Below, in pieces: positions 23,868 to 32,822 of a DNA stretch of 34,313 bases. Within the stretch, counting starts at the first letter, position 1. Each line of letters begins with the position of its first letter. This stretch comes from a virus (taxonomy: Duplodnaviria > Caudoviricetes): positions 1-34,313 of the IMG/VR virus record IMGVR_UViG_3300044846_000114; one strand, given 5' to 3'. Position numbers and translations under genes: made by a program. The notes beneath the pieces are model-generated. The model did not search any database. It was given only the letters and a program-made list of their open reading frames with translations, and was not told the origin of the DNA.

Positions 23868-24731
23868 TTAGTTTATTTTAGTGCCATCATACACCACACC
23901 ATTGTACAGGCATTTACCATCAATCACCTGGTGTGTTTGTGCAAAAAAGAATATTTCTTTGTTGACTGTATAAAAATGAATAGTAGCAAACCCATGCTGC
24001 CAGTCAGGGATCTTTCCTGTAGGGAAATACTCCACCTCTGTCCTCACTCTGCCACATCCTATTTCTAGCCATACATAGGGATTGTTTCTGTTTGTGATCG
24101 GTTTGTAGTTAAGTCTATGGCTATGCCCTGATGCACCACTACCCATGTACTCATAGATGTTTTTCTCACCTGCATTCTTTGACAGGGATAGGCCATGCAC
24201 ACCTGTAAAGATGTCAAACCAGTTTATGAAATCTTTGCCATCCCATTCAATGCCATAGTCAGCAAATGAAAGTATGTTTTGCAGTTCTGTAGATTTGTAC
24301 TCTTTGAATAAAACAGCTAATCTAGCTAGCTGGCTTTTGCTGTTCATGTGTGGCTTTGTGATCCTCTCATCATGATTGCCTGGTATGAATCTGATCTTTG
24401 CATCAGTTGACAATCTCAAAGGATGCAGGATCTGCTCTTTTGTATATTCCACCTCTTTGATCTCACTGTACCCAGCCAGGATGCCATCATCAAATAGTTT
24501 TTTCTCATGCCTGGACACATAGGGCAGATCCATCAGATCACCCAATAGTGCCACCTCATCAAAATGATTTGACTGTAGTACCCTATTTATGCATCTCTGC
24601 ACATTCAGGTCTGTCAGCCATCCATGCTCATCTGATTTCAGTAAAACTGAATAGATTTTTTTATCAGTCAATTTTTTTAACTGCCACCAGTTATACTCTT
24701 TTTCTGATAGTCTAGGCCTGTTGTTTTTCAA
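23868..24731 (-). CDS. Calcineurin-like metallophosphoesterase
   Basis: SDEH, GDLMD, GNHD, VHG and GHSH motifs. Confidence 0.88.
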   Translation of the reverse strand: MKNNRPRLSEKEYNWWQLKKLTDKKIYSVLLKSDEHGWLTDLNVQRCINRVLQSNHFDEVALLGDLMDLPYVSRHEKKLFDDGILAGYSEIKEVEYTKEQILHPLRLSTDAKIRFIPGNHDERITKPHMNSKSQLARLAVLFKEYKSTELQNILSFADYGIEWDGKDFINWFDIFTGVHGLSLSKNAGEKNIYEYMGSGASGHSHRLNYKPITNRNNPYVWLEIGCGRVRTEVEYFPTGKIPDWQHGFATIHFYTVNKEIFFFAQTHQVIDGKCLYNGVVYDGTKIN

Positions 24732-24761
24732 TGTTTGCTTTCAGTAGTTTGTCACCCATTT

Positions 24762-25268
24762 TTAAATTAACACAAAGCCGTTTTTGTCTACTTTCCCAGC
24801 TGTGTGCAATGCTCTCAATTCATATATAGATTTTCCGAATGATTTTTGAAAATGTGGCATGTCCAGGAATTTCCAGTCACCTCCCCACTCATATCCAAAC
24901 CGCTTAAATATCTGCACCACCTCCATCCAGTCTGCTTTGCCATCTTTGTCAAAGTCTGTTTTGACATCCCATGATGCTGTCTCAAATGTGCCATTCTTAT
25001 CTTTGTCTACCAGCAGCACAATATCAATGGCCAGGCCATAGTTGTGATAGGATTGCCCACCTTTCGCATTTGTGACCTTATTACCAGGCTTTGTCCTGCC
25101 CTGGGCAAATAGTGCATCCTGTTCTGCAAAAGTCCTCAGGGTGTACGCAAAACGGCAAATGGCAGTACCTGTCAATGCAGCCAGGATTTCATCATACAGA
25201 TCTAGTGCCTCATCCCTTAGTTTAGGGTGCAGCAGCTGAATCCTCTCTATTGTCTTTTGATCTTTCAT
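24762..25268 (-). CDS. Endolysin, M15 family L-Ala-D-Glu peptidase-like
   Basis: LRTFAEQDALFAQGR, SYHNYGLAID and WGGDW..DMPHFQ motifs; start MKDQ preferred. Confidence 0.92.
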   Translation of the reverse strand: MKDQKTIERIQLLHPKLRDEALDLYDEILAALTGTAICRFAYTLRTFAEQDALFAQGRTKPGNKVTNAKGGQSYHNYGLAIDIVLLVDKDKNGTFETASWDVKTDFDKDGKADWMEVVQIFKRFGYEWGGDWKFLDMPHFQKSFGKSIYELRALHTAGKVDKNGFVLI

Positions 25269-25458
25269 TCTTTGTAAATTTTTCAAATGCAGTCACCCCA
25301 AACACAGCAGCTGAATACCAAAGAAATCCCTCAAATACATATTGTTTTGAATTTGGCAGGTAGCCCAGCACTATGGCATTGATGAATGCAGCTATGCCAG
25401 CAAATCTTTTGCTGCTGACTAAGCCATCATTAGATAGTAAATGCTTTAAAAATTGCAT
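25222..25458 (-). CDS. Putative holin
   Basis: Two hydrophobic segments after SSKRF; charged C-terminus; adjacent to endolysin. Confidence 0.65.
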   Translation of the reverse strand: MQFLKHLLSNDGLVSSKRFAGIAAFINAIVLGYLPNSKQYVFEGFLWYSAAVFGVTAFEKFTKNERSKDNREDSAAAP

Positions 25459-25918
25459 AGATCTTTTTTCTACTTATATATAGCAGAACACTGGCAATTA
25501 TCAATAAAGCCCAGATCCAGCTGATCCTGGTGACAATTTTATCCTTTGTCACATTTCTTTCTTTGACTGTCACCTTTTGCCTGGTGTCAGTTAATATTGC
25601 CACATCTTTCTGTAGTGTGGATGATCCCTGACTTTCTTTGCTCTTTGTCTTTTTCTGCCTGATCTCTTTGATAGCCTGGGCTGGTATGCTCATGCTGTCA
25701 CCTTTTAACACAAAAAACCCAGTGACAGAATCTTTCAATACTATCACCAGGTCTGATGTTTCTATTTGTTTTGTAGATGTTTGGCTTGTACTGTCTAGTG
25801 ACACAAATTGTTTTGACTGATCTGAGACTACTGATGTGCTGTCTTTTATGTTTTTAGTGGCAGTCTTTTTGACCACTGAACATGATGTCAGCAAAAGTAT
25901 CAGAATGATTAATCTCAT
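25430..25918 (-). CDS. Putative unimolecular spanin
   Basis: Lipobox LLTS-C13 plus C-terminal transmembrane segment (ISWIWALLIIASVLLYIS-RKK). Confidence 0.75.
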   Translation of the reverse strand: MRLIILILLLTSCSVVKKTATKNIKDSTSVVSDQSKQFVSLDSTSQTSTKQIETSDLVIVLKDSVTGFFVLKGDSMSIPAQAIKEIRQKKTKSKESQGSSTLQKDVAILTDTRQKVTVKERNVTKDKIVTRISWIWALLIIASVLLYISRKKIYAIFKAFTI

Positions 25919-26139
25919 TAGTCTCTGTCTTGTTTGTTTTGCAGTGCAATGGCTAGTTTGTTTATTGTGTCTAGGATATGATCTAGCTTTTTGGCTATGA
26001 TGTCATCCTGTTTTTCTACCATGCTCACTCTGACCTCTAATTCTTTAAGTTTTAAACTTACTTTCACATAAATGCTGATCAGTCCTATTATGATCATGAT
26101 GGCCTGGCCAGCCATGAATACTACAATGTTTTGTGTCAT
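25918..26139 (-). CDS. Membrane-anchored coiled-coil protein (lysis-associated, holin/antiholin-like)
   Basis: N-terminal TM helix plus heptad repeat; first gene of the lysis block. Confidence 0.55.
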   Translation of the reverse strand: MTQNIVVFMAGQAIMIIIGLISIYVKVSLKLKELEVRVSMVEKQDDIIAKKLDHILDTINKLAIALQNKQDRD

Positions 26140-26556
26140 CTACTTAATATCTATCAATTTTAAAAATACAGGATAGATCTCATCAGTTTCAATGTCAGCT
26201 ACAGAATCAATTGTCAAATCACCTGACCACAAAGTAGACACATCAATGTCTTTTTCTGCTGTCAATAGATCCTCTCTTTCTTTTGTTAAATCAGCAATCT
26301 TTTCATTTTGTATTGTGATCATGCCATCCTTTTCCTCACCATACTTTTTGAATAGTTCCTGTTCAGCCTCAGAATACAATTTAAACTCAGCAGATACTAC
26401 AGCATTCAATCTCTGTAGATACAGCTTTGTTTTCATGTTTGTTTTTTGTTTCATTAAACCCTGACTGATGATCTCTGATGATCCATCTTTTGATTGCTTT
26501 GTGATCCCATTTAATTCATAGTGTAAAGCCACTATTTCGTGTAGTTTTAAATTCAT
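26140..26556 (-). CDS. Hypothetical protein following tail fibre
   Basis: 138 aa helical protein with ELFKKYGE motif. Confidence 0.65.
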   Translation of the reverse strand: MNLKLHEIVALHYELNGITKQSKDGSSEIISQGLMKQKTNMKTKLYLQRLNAVVSAEFKLYSEAEQELFKKYGEEKDGMITIQNEKIADLTKEREDLLTAEKDIDVSTLWSGDLTIDSVADIETDEIYPVFLKLIDIK

Positions 26557-26597
26557 GCTTTAGTGTTTTTTATATATAGTGTTTTTTAGTCTTTTTA

Positions 26598-29186
26598 CTA
26601 TTTTAGTTTTTGTTTTAAATCTTCTATCTGTGCCTGTTGCTCTTGTATTGCTTTTACTAATGAAACATAAATTCCATCTTTTTCAAGTCCTAATCTAACA
26701 ATTTCTTGTGTTTGTAATTCTTTATTAGCTGCTATTGTAAATTCTTTTACTAACTCTGGAATGACAATTTCTACCTCTTGTGCTATAAATCCATATTGTT
26801 TACCTTGATTGATAGTATCATTTTTCCAAGTATATTCAACAGGTCTTAATTTCATAATTTCATCTAACCCCCAAGATATATCTGCTATATTATCTTTCAA
26901 TCTTTCATCTGATGGATTTGTACTTGTTAATGTTCCAGCATTTGAATAAACTAAACCAGTTCCTAATGAAGTAAAGGTTGCTAAACCAAATCCATTAATT
27001 GACCAACCTTGCACTCCTGCCCTATTTGTACCAACTAATTCTGTATTATCGCTACCTGTTGAACTAATGCGTCCAATAATAACTTTTGCAGCAGTTGATG
27101 TTGTATCAACAGTTAAATCTCCCCTTGTAACTGCGCCACCTGTTCTACCCGCTTCAAATGCACCTGTAAACAAAGCTGATCTGTTAATTTTAATTTGTCC
27201 TGAAGCAACGGGATCAATTTCCAATTCATAAGCACTTGTACCATTATTCCAAATACCAAAAAGACCACCTGTTACTCCTAATGTGTATTTTCCTGTATTA
27301 CCACCTGTATTACTTAATGTTATTGAAGGAAATGAACCTTCAGCATAAAAATTATTTGCAAAGCCTGCAGTATTACTTGGTGTGGCACTACCTGTTATAA
27401 ATTGTGTTGCGGTTACACTATTTACAAAAGTTGCAATACCTGATTCTAATATTGTTAAATTTGGGCCTGTATTTGCATTTTTTTGAACTGTAAAATCTGT
27501 TGTGCCACCATATATTAATAATCTGTTAGCAGTATGTCTTATGCCGACACCGCCTGTTGGTGCGCCACCTGTTGCATTACCACTAATTGATATTAAGCCA
27601 CTTGTAGTTGAAATTTCACCACTGAAAGATGCAGTTGTTCCACTTAATGCACCTGTAAGTGTTCCACCTGCTAAAGGTAGGTAAGCACTAAGGTTTGATG
27701 TAAGGGCAATAGTACCTGAAGCGGATGGGAATGTATAACCATAATTTGAACTGGTTGTAAAATTAAATGAAATAGTATTACCAGCACTTAACCCAAATAT
27801 TAAAGACTCAATAGTACTTCCAGTTGAAGATGTATTTAAAGTAAAATACGTAGGGGTTGATGTAGTACCAATATTTTGTTTTAAAGCAACATAACCTCCA
27901 TCAGTAAGTATTCCGCTTGATGTTCTAACTCTACCAGTAAGAATATTATCCGTACCATTCCATTGGTATCTAATATTACCAGCACCATCTGCTAAAATAA
28001 TATTATTTGAAAGTGAACTTGATAATGTTAGTACACCACCTATGATAGTATTATTAGAACCTGTAGTTATTCCCCTTCCTGTATCATATCCTAAAAAAAT
28101 ATTATTTTGTCCACTTGTTAAATCACTACCTGATGAAACACCTACTGATGTATTAAAAGAATGTGTTGCGTTAAATAAATTAGACCATCCAATAGCAGTA
28201 TTACCTGTGCCTGATATACAATTTTCTAAAGTATGTGCGCCAAGTCCAATATTGCTATCACCGCTAACTAATTTTAATAGTGAATTCATACCAATAGCAG
28301 TATTATCATTTGCAGTAGTATTAGCACTTAATGCACCATAACCAAAAGCTGCATTGTGTATTCCTGTTGTATTACTTTTTAATGACTCAAAACCAAATGC
28401 ACTATTTGTACTATTATTTGAACCTGCACCCCTACCTACTCTTATTGAATTAACTGTTAAATCATAAGCACCTAAATTTACTGCACCAGTTGCACCTGTG
28501 TATGGTACATAGGTAGATGCTGCATTTGCTATTGTCAAATAGGTAGATGATGCACTAGATGTAGTCAAATATGTGCTAGAATCTACACTACCATCTGCTT
28601 TTAAAAATTGGCTAGATGTGCCGCCTGTTTTGACTAATGTAGTAGCTTCTAATGTTCCTACAAAAGTAGCAGCATTACCAGATCCGCTTGTTTTGTTTAT
28701 ATAAATGCCCTCACCATTGCCACCCTTTGTGATGTTCAAAGCTATGCCGCTGCCACTTGAATGATTGATAGCAAATGTATTACTACCCCCACTTGATGCA
28801 AAGCTACCAGTTGCACCTGTAATCACATCAGCAGTCAAATCAAAAGTACCCAAATTCACATTTGCAGTTGCACCTGTGTATGGCACATACCCACTTAAAT
28901 CAATAGTAGCATTCACCCAGTTTGATCCGTTGTATCTTAGCACCTGATTATTGCTTGCACTAGTAATGATCACATCACTCAGCTGTGTCAATGTGTAGTC
29001 ACCCTCAGCAGGTACTACTGCACCAAATCTGCCATTGAATGAAATCACCCCTGCACCTGTCAATGTTTTTAAATCACTGATGGTAGTCTTGTATAAATAT
29101 CCAGTGCTAGGATCACCCACCGCCATCAAATCTGAAAGTGTCAGGGTAGCCCTACTGTCTAATTCGTTTATTTTCTTATTTGCCAT
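26598..29186 (-). CDS. Tail fibre/receptor-binding protein with C-terminal intramolecular chaperone (peptidase S74)
   Basis: Gly/Ser/Thr/Asn-rich; N(T/S)A(I/F)G repeats; SDERLKDNI, LRPVEY, GFIAQEV and terminal coiled coil. Confidence 0.92.
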   Translation of the reverse strand: MANKKINELDSRATLTLSDLMAVGDPSTGYLYKTTISDLKTLTGAGVISFNGRFGAVVPAEGDYTLTQLSDVIITSASNNQVLRYNGSNWVNATIDLSGYVPYTGATANVNLGTFDLTADVITGATGSFASSGGSNTFAINHSSGSGIALNITKGGNGEGIYINKTSGSGNAATFVGTLEATTLVKTGGTSSQFLKADGSVDSSTYLTTSSASSTYLTIANAASTYVPYTGATGAVNLGAYDLTVNSIRVGRGAGSNNSTNSAFGFESLKSNTTGIHNAAFGYGALSANTTANDNTAIGMNSLLKLVSGDSNIGLGAHTLENCISGTGNTAIGWSNLFNATHSFNTSVGVSSGSDLTSGQNNIFLGYDTGRGITTGSNNTIIGGVLTLSSSLSNNIILADGAGNIRYQWNGTDNILTGRVRTSSGILTDGGYVALKQNIGTTSTPTYFTLNTSSTGSTIESLIFGLSAGNTISFNFTTSSNYGYTFPSASGTIALTSNLSAYLPLAGGTLTGALSGTTASFSGEISTTSGLISISGNATGGAPTGGVGIRHTANRLLIYGGTTDFTVQKNANTGPNLTILESGIATFVNSVTATQFITGSATPSNTAGFANNFYAEGSFPSITLSNTGGNTGKYTLGVTGGLFGIWNNGTSAYELEIDPVASGQIKINRSALFTGAFEAGRTGGAVTRGDLTVDTTSTAAKVIIGRISSTGSDNTELVGTNRAGVQGWSINGFGLATFTSLGTGLVYSNAGTLTSTNPSDERLKDNIADISWGLDEIMKLRPVEYTWKNDTINQGKQYGFIAQEVEIVIPELVKEFTIAANKELQTQEIVRLGLEKDGIYVSLVKAIQEQQAQIEDLKQKLK

Positions 29187-29190
29187 GCTT

Positions 29191-29198
29191 ATAAATAG
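29191..29198 (-). promoter_or_regulatory. Putative late promoter element CTATTTAT (tail fibre)
   Basis: Motif ends 4 nt before the ATG at 29186. Confidence 0.65.
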
Positions 29199-29200
29199 GT

Positions 29201-29662
29201 TTAACTAGGATATTGGTATGATGTAGGTACTTGACATCTGTCAGATGTGAATGGTAAATTCAGGCTGATGTCAGCTTTCCATGCCACTAGATTGTCTGGT
29301 GTGTCCTCAGTGATAGGTGTCAAATTCACAGTAGTATTCATTTCAAATTCAAATTCATTGTACATCAGCTGTGCTAGGATGTCCTGTGCTACTGATAGCA
29401 TATCACTCAATGCCTCTGTCTCATTTACTTTCTCTGCTAGCATTCTATCAAAAAAATACAAACTGAAATTCAATGTCAATGTCCTAGTAGATATATTGCT
29501 AGGCACTACATCAAAGTACATGGCAGGATAGATATTGTCAGCACTCTCACCTAGAAACTCATCAAAGTCACCAAAATAAACAGTGTTAATTTGTTGGTGT
29601 GCCTCTGCTATTGCTTTTACTTGACTTACTATTTGGTTTAATGTCAATGTTTTTGCTGCCAT
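29201..29662 (-). CDS. Putative tail terminator/completion protein
   Basis: Acidic 153 aa; YPAMYF motif and beta pattern; follows the adaptor gene. Confidence 0.55.
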   Translation of the reverse strand: MAAKTLTLNQIVSQVKAIAEAHQQINTVYFGDFDEFLGESADNIYPAMYFDVVPSNISTRTLTLNFSLYFFDRMLAEKVNETEALSDMLSVAQDILAQLMYNEFEFEMNTTVNLTPITEDTPDNLVAWKADISLNLPFTSDRCQVPTSYQYPS

Positions 29663-29732
29663 TTTTTGTTTGTTTGTCTAGATAAACTTTCAATTTATCC
29701 TGGTTTTTTCTACTATATGTTTTATTCGCCAT
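29586..29732 (-). CDS. Possible small basic overlapping ORF (48 aa, MANKTYSRKNQDKLKVYLDKQ...)
   Basis: Translated by hand; spans the 59-bp gap between adaptor and terminator genes. Confidence 0.35.
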   Translation of the reverse strand: MANKTYSRKNQDKLKVYLDKQTKNGSKNIDIKPNSKSSKSNSRGTPTN

Positions 29733-30315
29733 CACAGCATCTGTTTATATTTCCCTGATATTTTTCCTCAAATGTCATATTCTTTCCACAGCAATCATCA
29801 CCCAGCCAAATGCTAGTAGTGTATGATTGATTGTCTGGCAGGATCGTGTCTACACCGTTCCCTGGATTGTTATACAGCGGAAATAGTACACTAGTAGATG
29901 CCTGCTTTAAATATTTTACCAGTCTTTGTTTGTAAAATTCAGCCCTTGATCTGTATCTGTCTGCTACATCAATCATGTCCTGTGCAGATGGTAGATCAGT
30001 ATTTTCACTGCTCTTTCTCACCACACCTTTATTGTAAAACTGATAAGACAGCCCCATTGGCAACTCACTCATCACATAATACACCAGGCAGTTTGTGATA
30101 TATCTATCAATTAGATCAGCTTCATTTGCTGTCAGATTATTTGCTGCAACACCATCCTGCAATCTGTCATACAATCCTGTGCCTAATGCTGGCAAAATGT
30201 ACATGTCCTGTGCAGTCAGGATCTCAGGCAATACTAGTTTTTCATCTACATTTGCATGCAATCCTGTTCTTTCCTTTATTGTGTCTACTGAAATAAAAAG
30301 TATATTTCTGCTCAT
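29722..30315 (-). CDS. Head-tail adaptor-like protein
   Basis: Directly after portal; AQDMYILPALGT.LY and AEFYKQRLVKYL motifs. Confidence 0.65.
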   Translation of the reverse strand: MSRNILFISVDTIKERTGLHANVDEKLVLPEILTAQDMYILPALGTGLYDRLQDGVAANNLTANEADLIDRYITNCLVYYVMSELPMGLSYQFYNKGVVRKSSENTDLPSAQDMIDVADRYRSRAEFYKQRLVKYLKQASTSVLFPLYNNPGNGVDTILPDNQSYTTSIWLGDDCCGKNMTFEEKYQGNINRCCDGE

Positions 30316-30320
30316 TGTTC

Positions 30321-32345
30321 TTATTTTTTAATTACTATATTACTCACCCATGTATGTCTGCATGCAGGGCTGTGCTGACCTGTAGGCATTGTCCACCATC
30401 CACCTCTACGATCAAAAACACTGTAGCCTAGTCTAGCAGTGATCTGCTGAATGTCTGATCTGCTGTACACCTTATTCAATGCCATCAATCTTTTGCAGAA
30501 TGATCTAGATGTAGTAGAATCTGCCACTGCACCCACCCTTGCTAGTTTCTCAAAATCCCAGTCATATTTGTAAACTACTTTGAAATTTGTAGTCTGTGCA
30601 GGATCACCTGGTGTCAATCTACTTAATGGTTTGACTGGCTGTCTTTCAGTGATGCCACCTACTACCTTTTGTTTTAAGATCCCAGCCTTGTCTAGTCTTT
30701 CCATCACTTTGATGATGATAGCTAGTTCAGTCTTTGTCACATCAGCCAAAACCTCAGGTGTGATCCTTTTATCCTTAGTCACCAAATCAATCACATTCTT
30801 TTCTAGATCACTCAATACCATATCAGCAAATTGCATTGACATTATCTCATTGTCATCCATTGCCTCTACTGAATGGAATTTCACATTCTTTTTTTTTAAT
30901 GTGCTATAATTATCTGCATCTTCACCAAACTGTGCAAAGATACCTATGACATCATCCTCACTAAATTTCAATGCATGTGTCTGCTCATCCTCACCTAGCC
31001 ATGTGTTCACCTCATCATCAGTCAAAGCATAGCCGCCTTTCAGCATAGCTGTAGCCTGATCCCTGGTGATTTTCCCTTTCACATATTCTCTGATGATTCT
31101 TTGCATGTTCTGCCACTCTCTGCCTTTCATGCCTTTCAAATGCTCATTCACTGACTGATCCTGTGGTGCTACTGCCCCATCAGGTACTGGCAAATACTTA
31201 GATGCATCAATACCCATCTTTTCTAAGATCCATTCTTTTGGTGCTACCTGAGCAATGATATTCTCACTGAACTCAAAACTGATAGGCTCTACAGGCTGAA
31301 TGTACAGTTCCTGTGTCACACCTTTCAATCTAGCTAACATATTAAAAATGCTTTCTAAAAATTGCTGCTTATCGTTTACATAGGTATTTTTAAAAATCTC
31401 ATAGCCATCTCTCATCTCTGATCTGCTGCCTAATTTACCAGGCTCTGCAATACCAAACAATGCAGGTGTAGTGATCTGATGCCCTGCAAAGATGTTCTGC
31501 TGGATCATTGTATCTACTCTGCTGAAATCCTCTTTTGTCAAATCTGATGCCCCTAGATCCTCAACAATAGGCTTTCTGTCTGCATTCTGCACAAAGGATA
31601 AGATGAACTTTTTGCCATCAGATCCTGTGAATCTATTTTCAAATCTCTTTTCAATGTTTCTTTTCTCATCAGGTGTAGGCTCACCATTTGGCAATGTGAT
31701 CAGTTTGCTAGCAGAAAACCCTGTCTGTGCATTTCCTAGTACATGTCTAGATACCTCAATGTCTGATTCAATAAAATTCAATGCCCCCATGTAACCAGGT
31801 AGTGCATAGGTTTCTAGTCCTGGCCTGTATTCCTTAATGTACAAAATCTGCTTTCCTTGTCTATTCTGTGTATTGAATGCAGGCAGCACAATCTCTTTTT
31901 CCTTTCTATCAGACCAGTCCTGCTTGTACCAGAAAGATGTATTGTCTTTGTTTGATCTGATCTTTGTGTAGTCAATATGGCCTATCTCAGTAAGCTGTCC
32001 ACCAAACTCTGACCAGATCACCTCTAAGTATGCCCCACCAAAAACCTCAATGTCAATGTCTACTTTTCTAGTCAAATCATTTAATGATTCATCAAAGCTG
32101 TTCACCTTATTGATAAATTCCTGAGCAGCTGGATCAGCCTCTTTTGTAGCCCACCCATTGCCTATGATATAGTTCACTTTCCCTCTTACAATAGCATTGT
32201 GCTTTGCACTCTTATTGTATAGACTTAAAAGGTAGCCAGGATAGTCATTTCTCTCTCCGAACTCTATATATCCGCTGCCCTTTTTTTCTCTGTACTCAGG
32301 CTGTCTAGCCTCAGCAAAATTCAATATGATTAGATCGTTTGTCAT
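30321..32345 (-). CDS. Portal protein with C-terminal extension
   Basis: FGERNDYP, SAKHNAIV, FGGAYLEVIW and IFAGHQITTPALFGI motifs; tail ends FCKRL..GGWW..CRHTW. Confidence 0.88.
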   Translation of the reverse strand: MTNDLIILNFAEARQPEYREKKGSGYIEFGERNDYPGYLLSLYNKSAKHNAIVRGKVNYIIGNGWATKEADPAAQEFINKVNSFDESLNDLTRKVDIDIEVFGGAYLEVIWSEFGGQLTEIGHIDYTKIRSNKDNTSFWYKQDWSDRKEKEIVLPAFNTQNRQGKQILYIKEYRPGLETYALPGYMGALNFIESDIEVSRHVLGNAQTGFSASKLITLPNGEPTPDEKRNIEKRFENRFTGSDGKKFILSFVQNADRKPIVEDLGASDLTKEDFSRVDTMIQQNIFAGHQITTPALFGIAEPGKLGSRSEMRDGYEIFKNTYVNDKQQFLESIFNMLARLKGVTQELYIQPVEPISFEFSENIIAQVAPKEWILEKMGIDASKYLPVPDGAVAPQDQSVNEHLKGMKGREWQNMQRIIREYVKGKITRDQATAMLKGGYALTDDEVNTWLGEDEQTHALKFSEDDVIGIFAQFGEDADNYSTLKKKNVKFHSVEAMDDNEIMSMQFADMVLSDLEKNVIDLVTKDKRITPEVLADVTKTELAIIIKVMERLDKAGILKQKVVGGITERQPVKPLSRLTPGDPAQTTNFKVVYKYDWDFEKLARVGAVADSTTSRSFCKRLMALNKVYSRSDIQQITARLGYSVFDRRGGWWTMPTGQHSPACRHTWVSNIVIKK

Positions 32346-32725
32346 TATCTTACTATGTATGTATTATTCGTTGAATATTCAGTGAAACTGAAACTGTCTG
32401 TATCTGACAATCTCATGATGCCTGTTTCTAGTAAACCAGTAGCCAGGGCTGGATTCACATTTGTAGTGCTGCTTTGCTCATAGATCATGTATTCCCATTC
32501 ACCTGCTAATTCACTAGAAAAATGTGTCACCCCATTTATGCTGAATTTATTGTATCTGTCTTTGTATTCAGACAGATCAGCTGCATTCAATATCACAAAT
32601 GCTACTACATCATTGCTAGATCTTTGTTTAAAATAGAATAGATAGTTTGGCACTGATAGTGTTTGCTTTTCTGTCAGTGTTACTATCACCTGATCTGTAT
32701 GTCCTTTTCTTAGATATATCATCAT
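32345..32725 (-). CDS. Hypothetical virion-associated protein (allele 2)
   Basis: Two amino-acid differences from 92..472. Confidence 0.75.
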   Translation of the reverse strand: MMIYLRKGHTDQVIVTLTEKQTLSVPNYLFYFKQRSSNDVVAFVILNAADLSEYKDRYNKFSINGVTHFSSELAGEWEYMIYEQSSTTNVNPALATGLLETGIMRLSDTDSFSFTEYSTNNTYIVR

Positions 32726-32822
32726 TGATAAATAGCATCTGCACTGACTTTTACCACAATAAAAAAGCCAGCCCCCTTTTGAGAGACTGGCCGACTACCT
32801 ACTATTTGAAAACCACGAAAGC

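Larger units (their letters stand above)
1..32253 (-). mobile_element. Complete tailed dsDNA bacteriophage genome unit (siphovirus-like, probable Bacteroidota host)
   Basis: Terminase, portal, capsid, protease, tape measure, tail fibre, lysis and replication genes all present on one strand; sequence wraps with an offset of 32,253 bp. Confidence 0.93.

Noticed and set aside
2196-31794. All plus-strand ORFs in the track (for example 2196..2771, 18660..19037, 22724..23002, 30580..30909)
   Set aside because: They are antisense shadows of minus-strand genes with Ser/Phe/Ile-rich mirror composition and no recognisable motifs.
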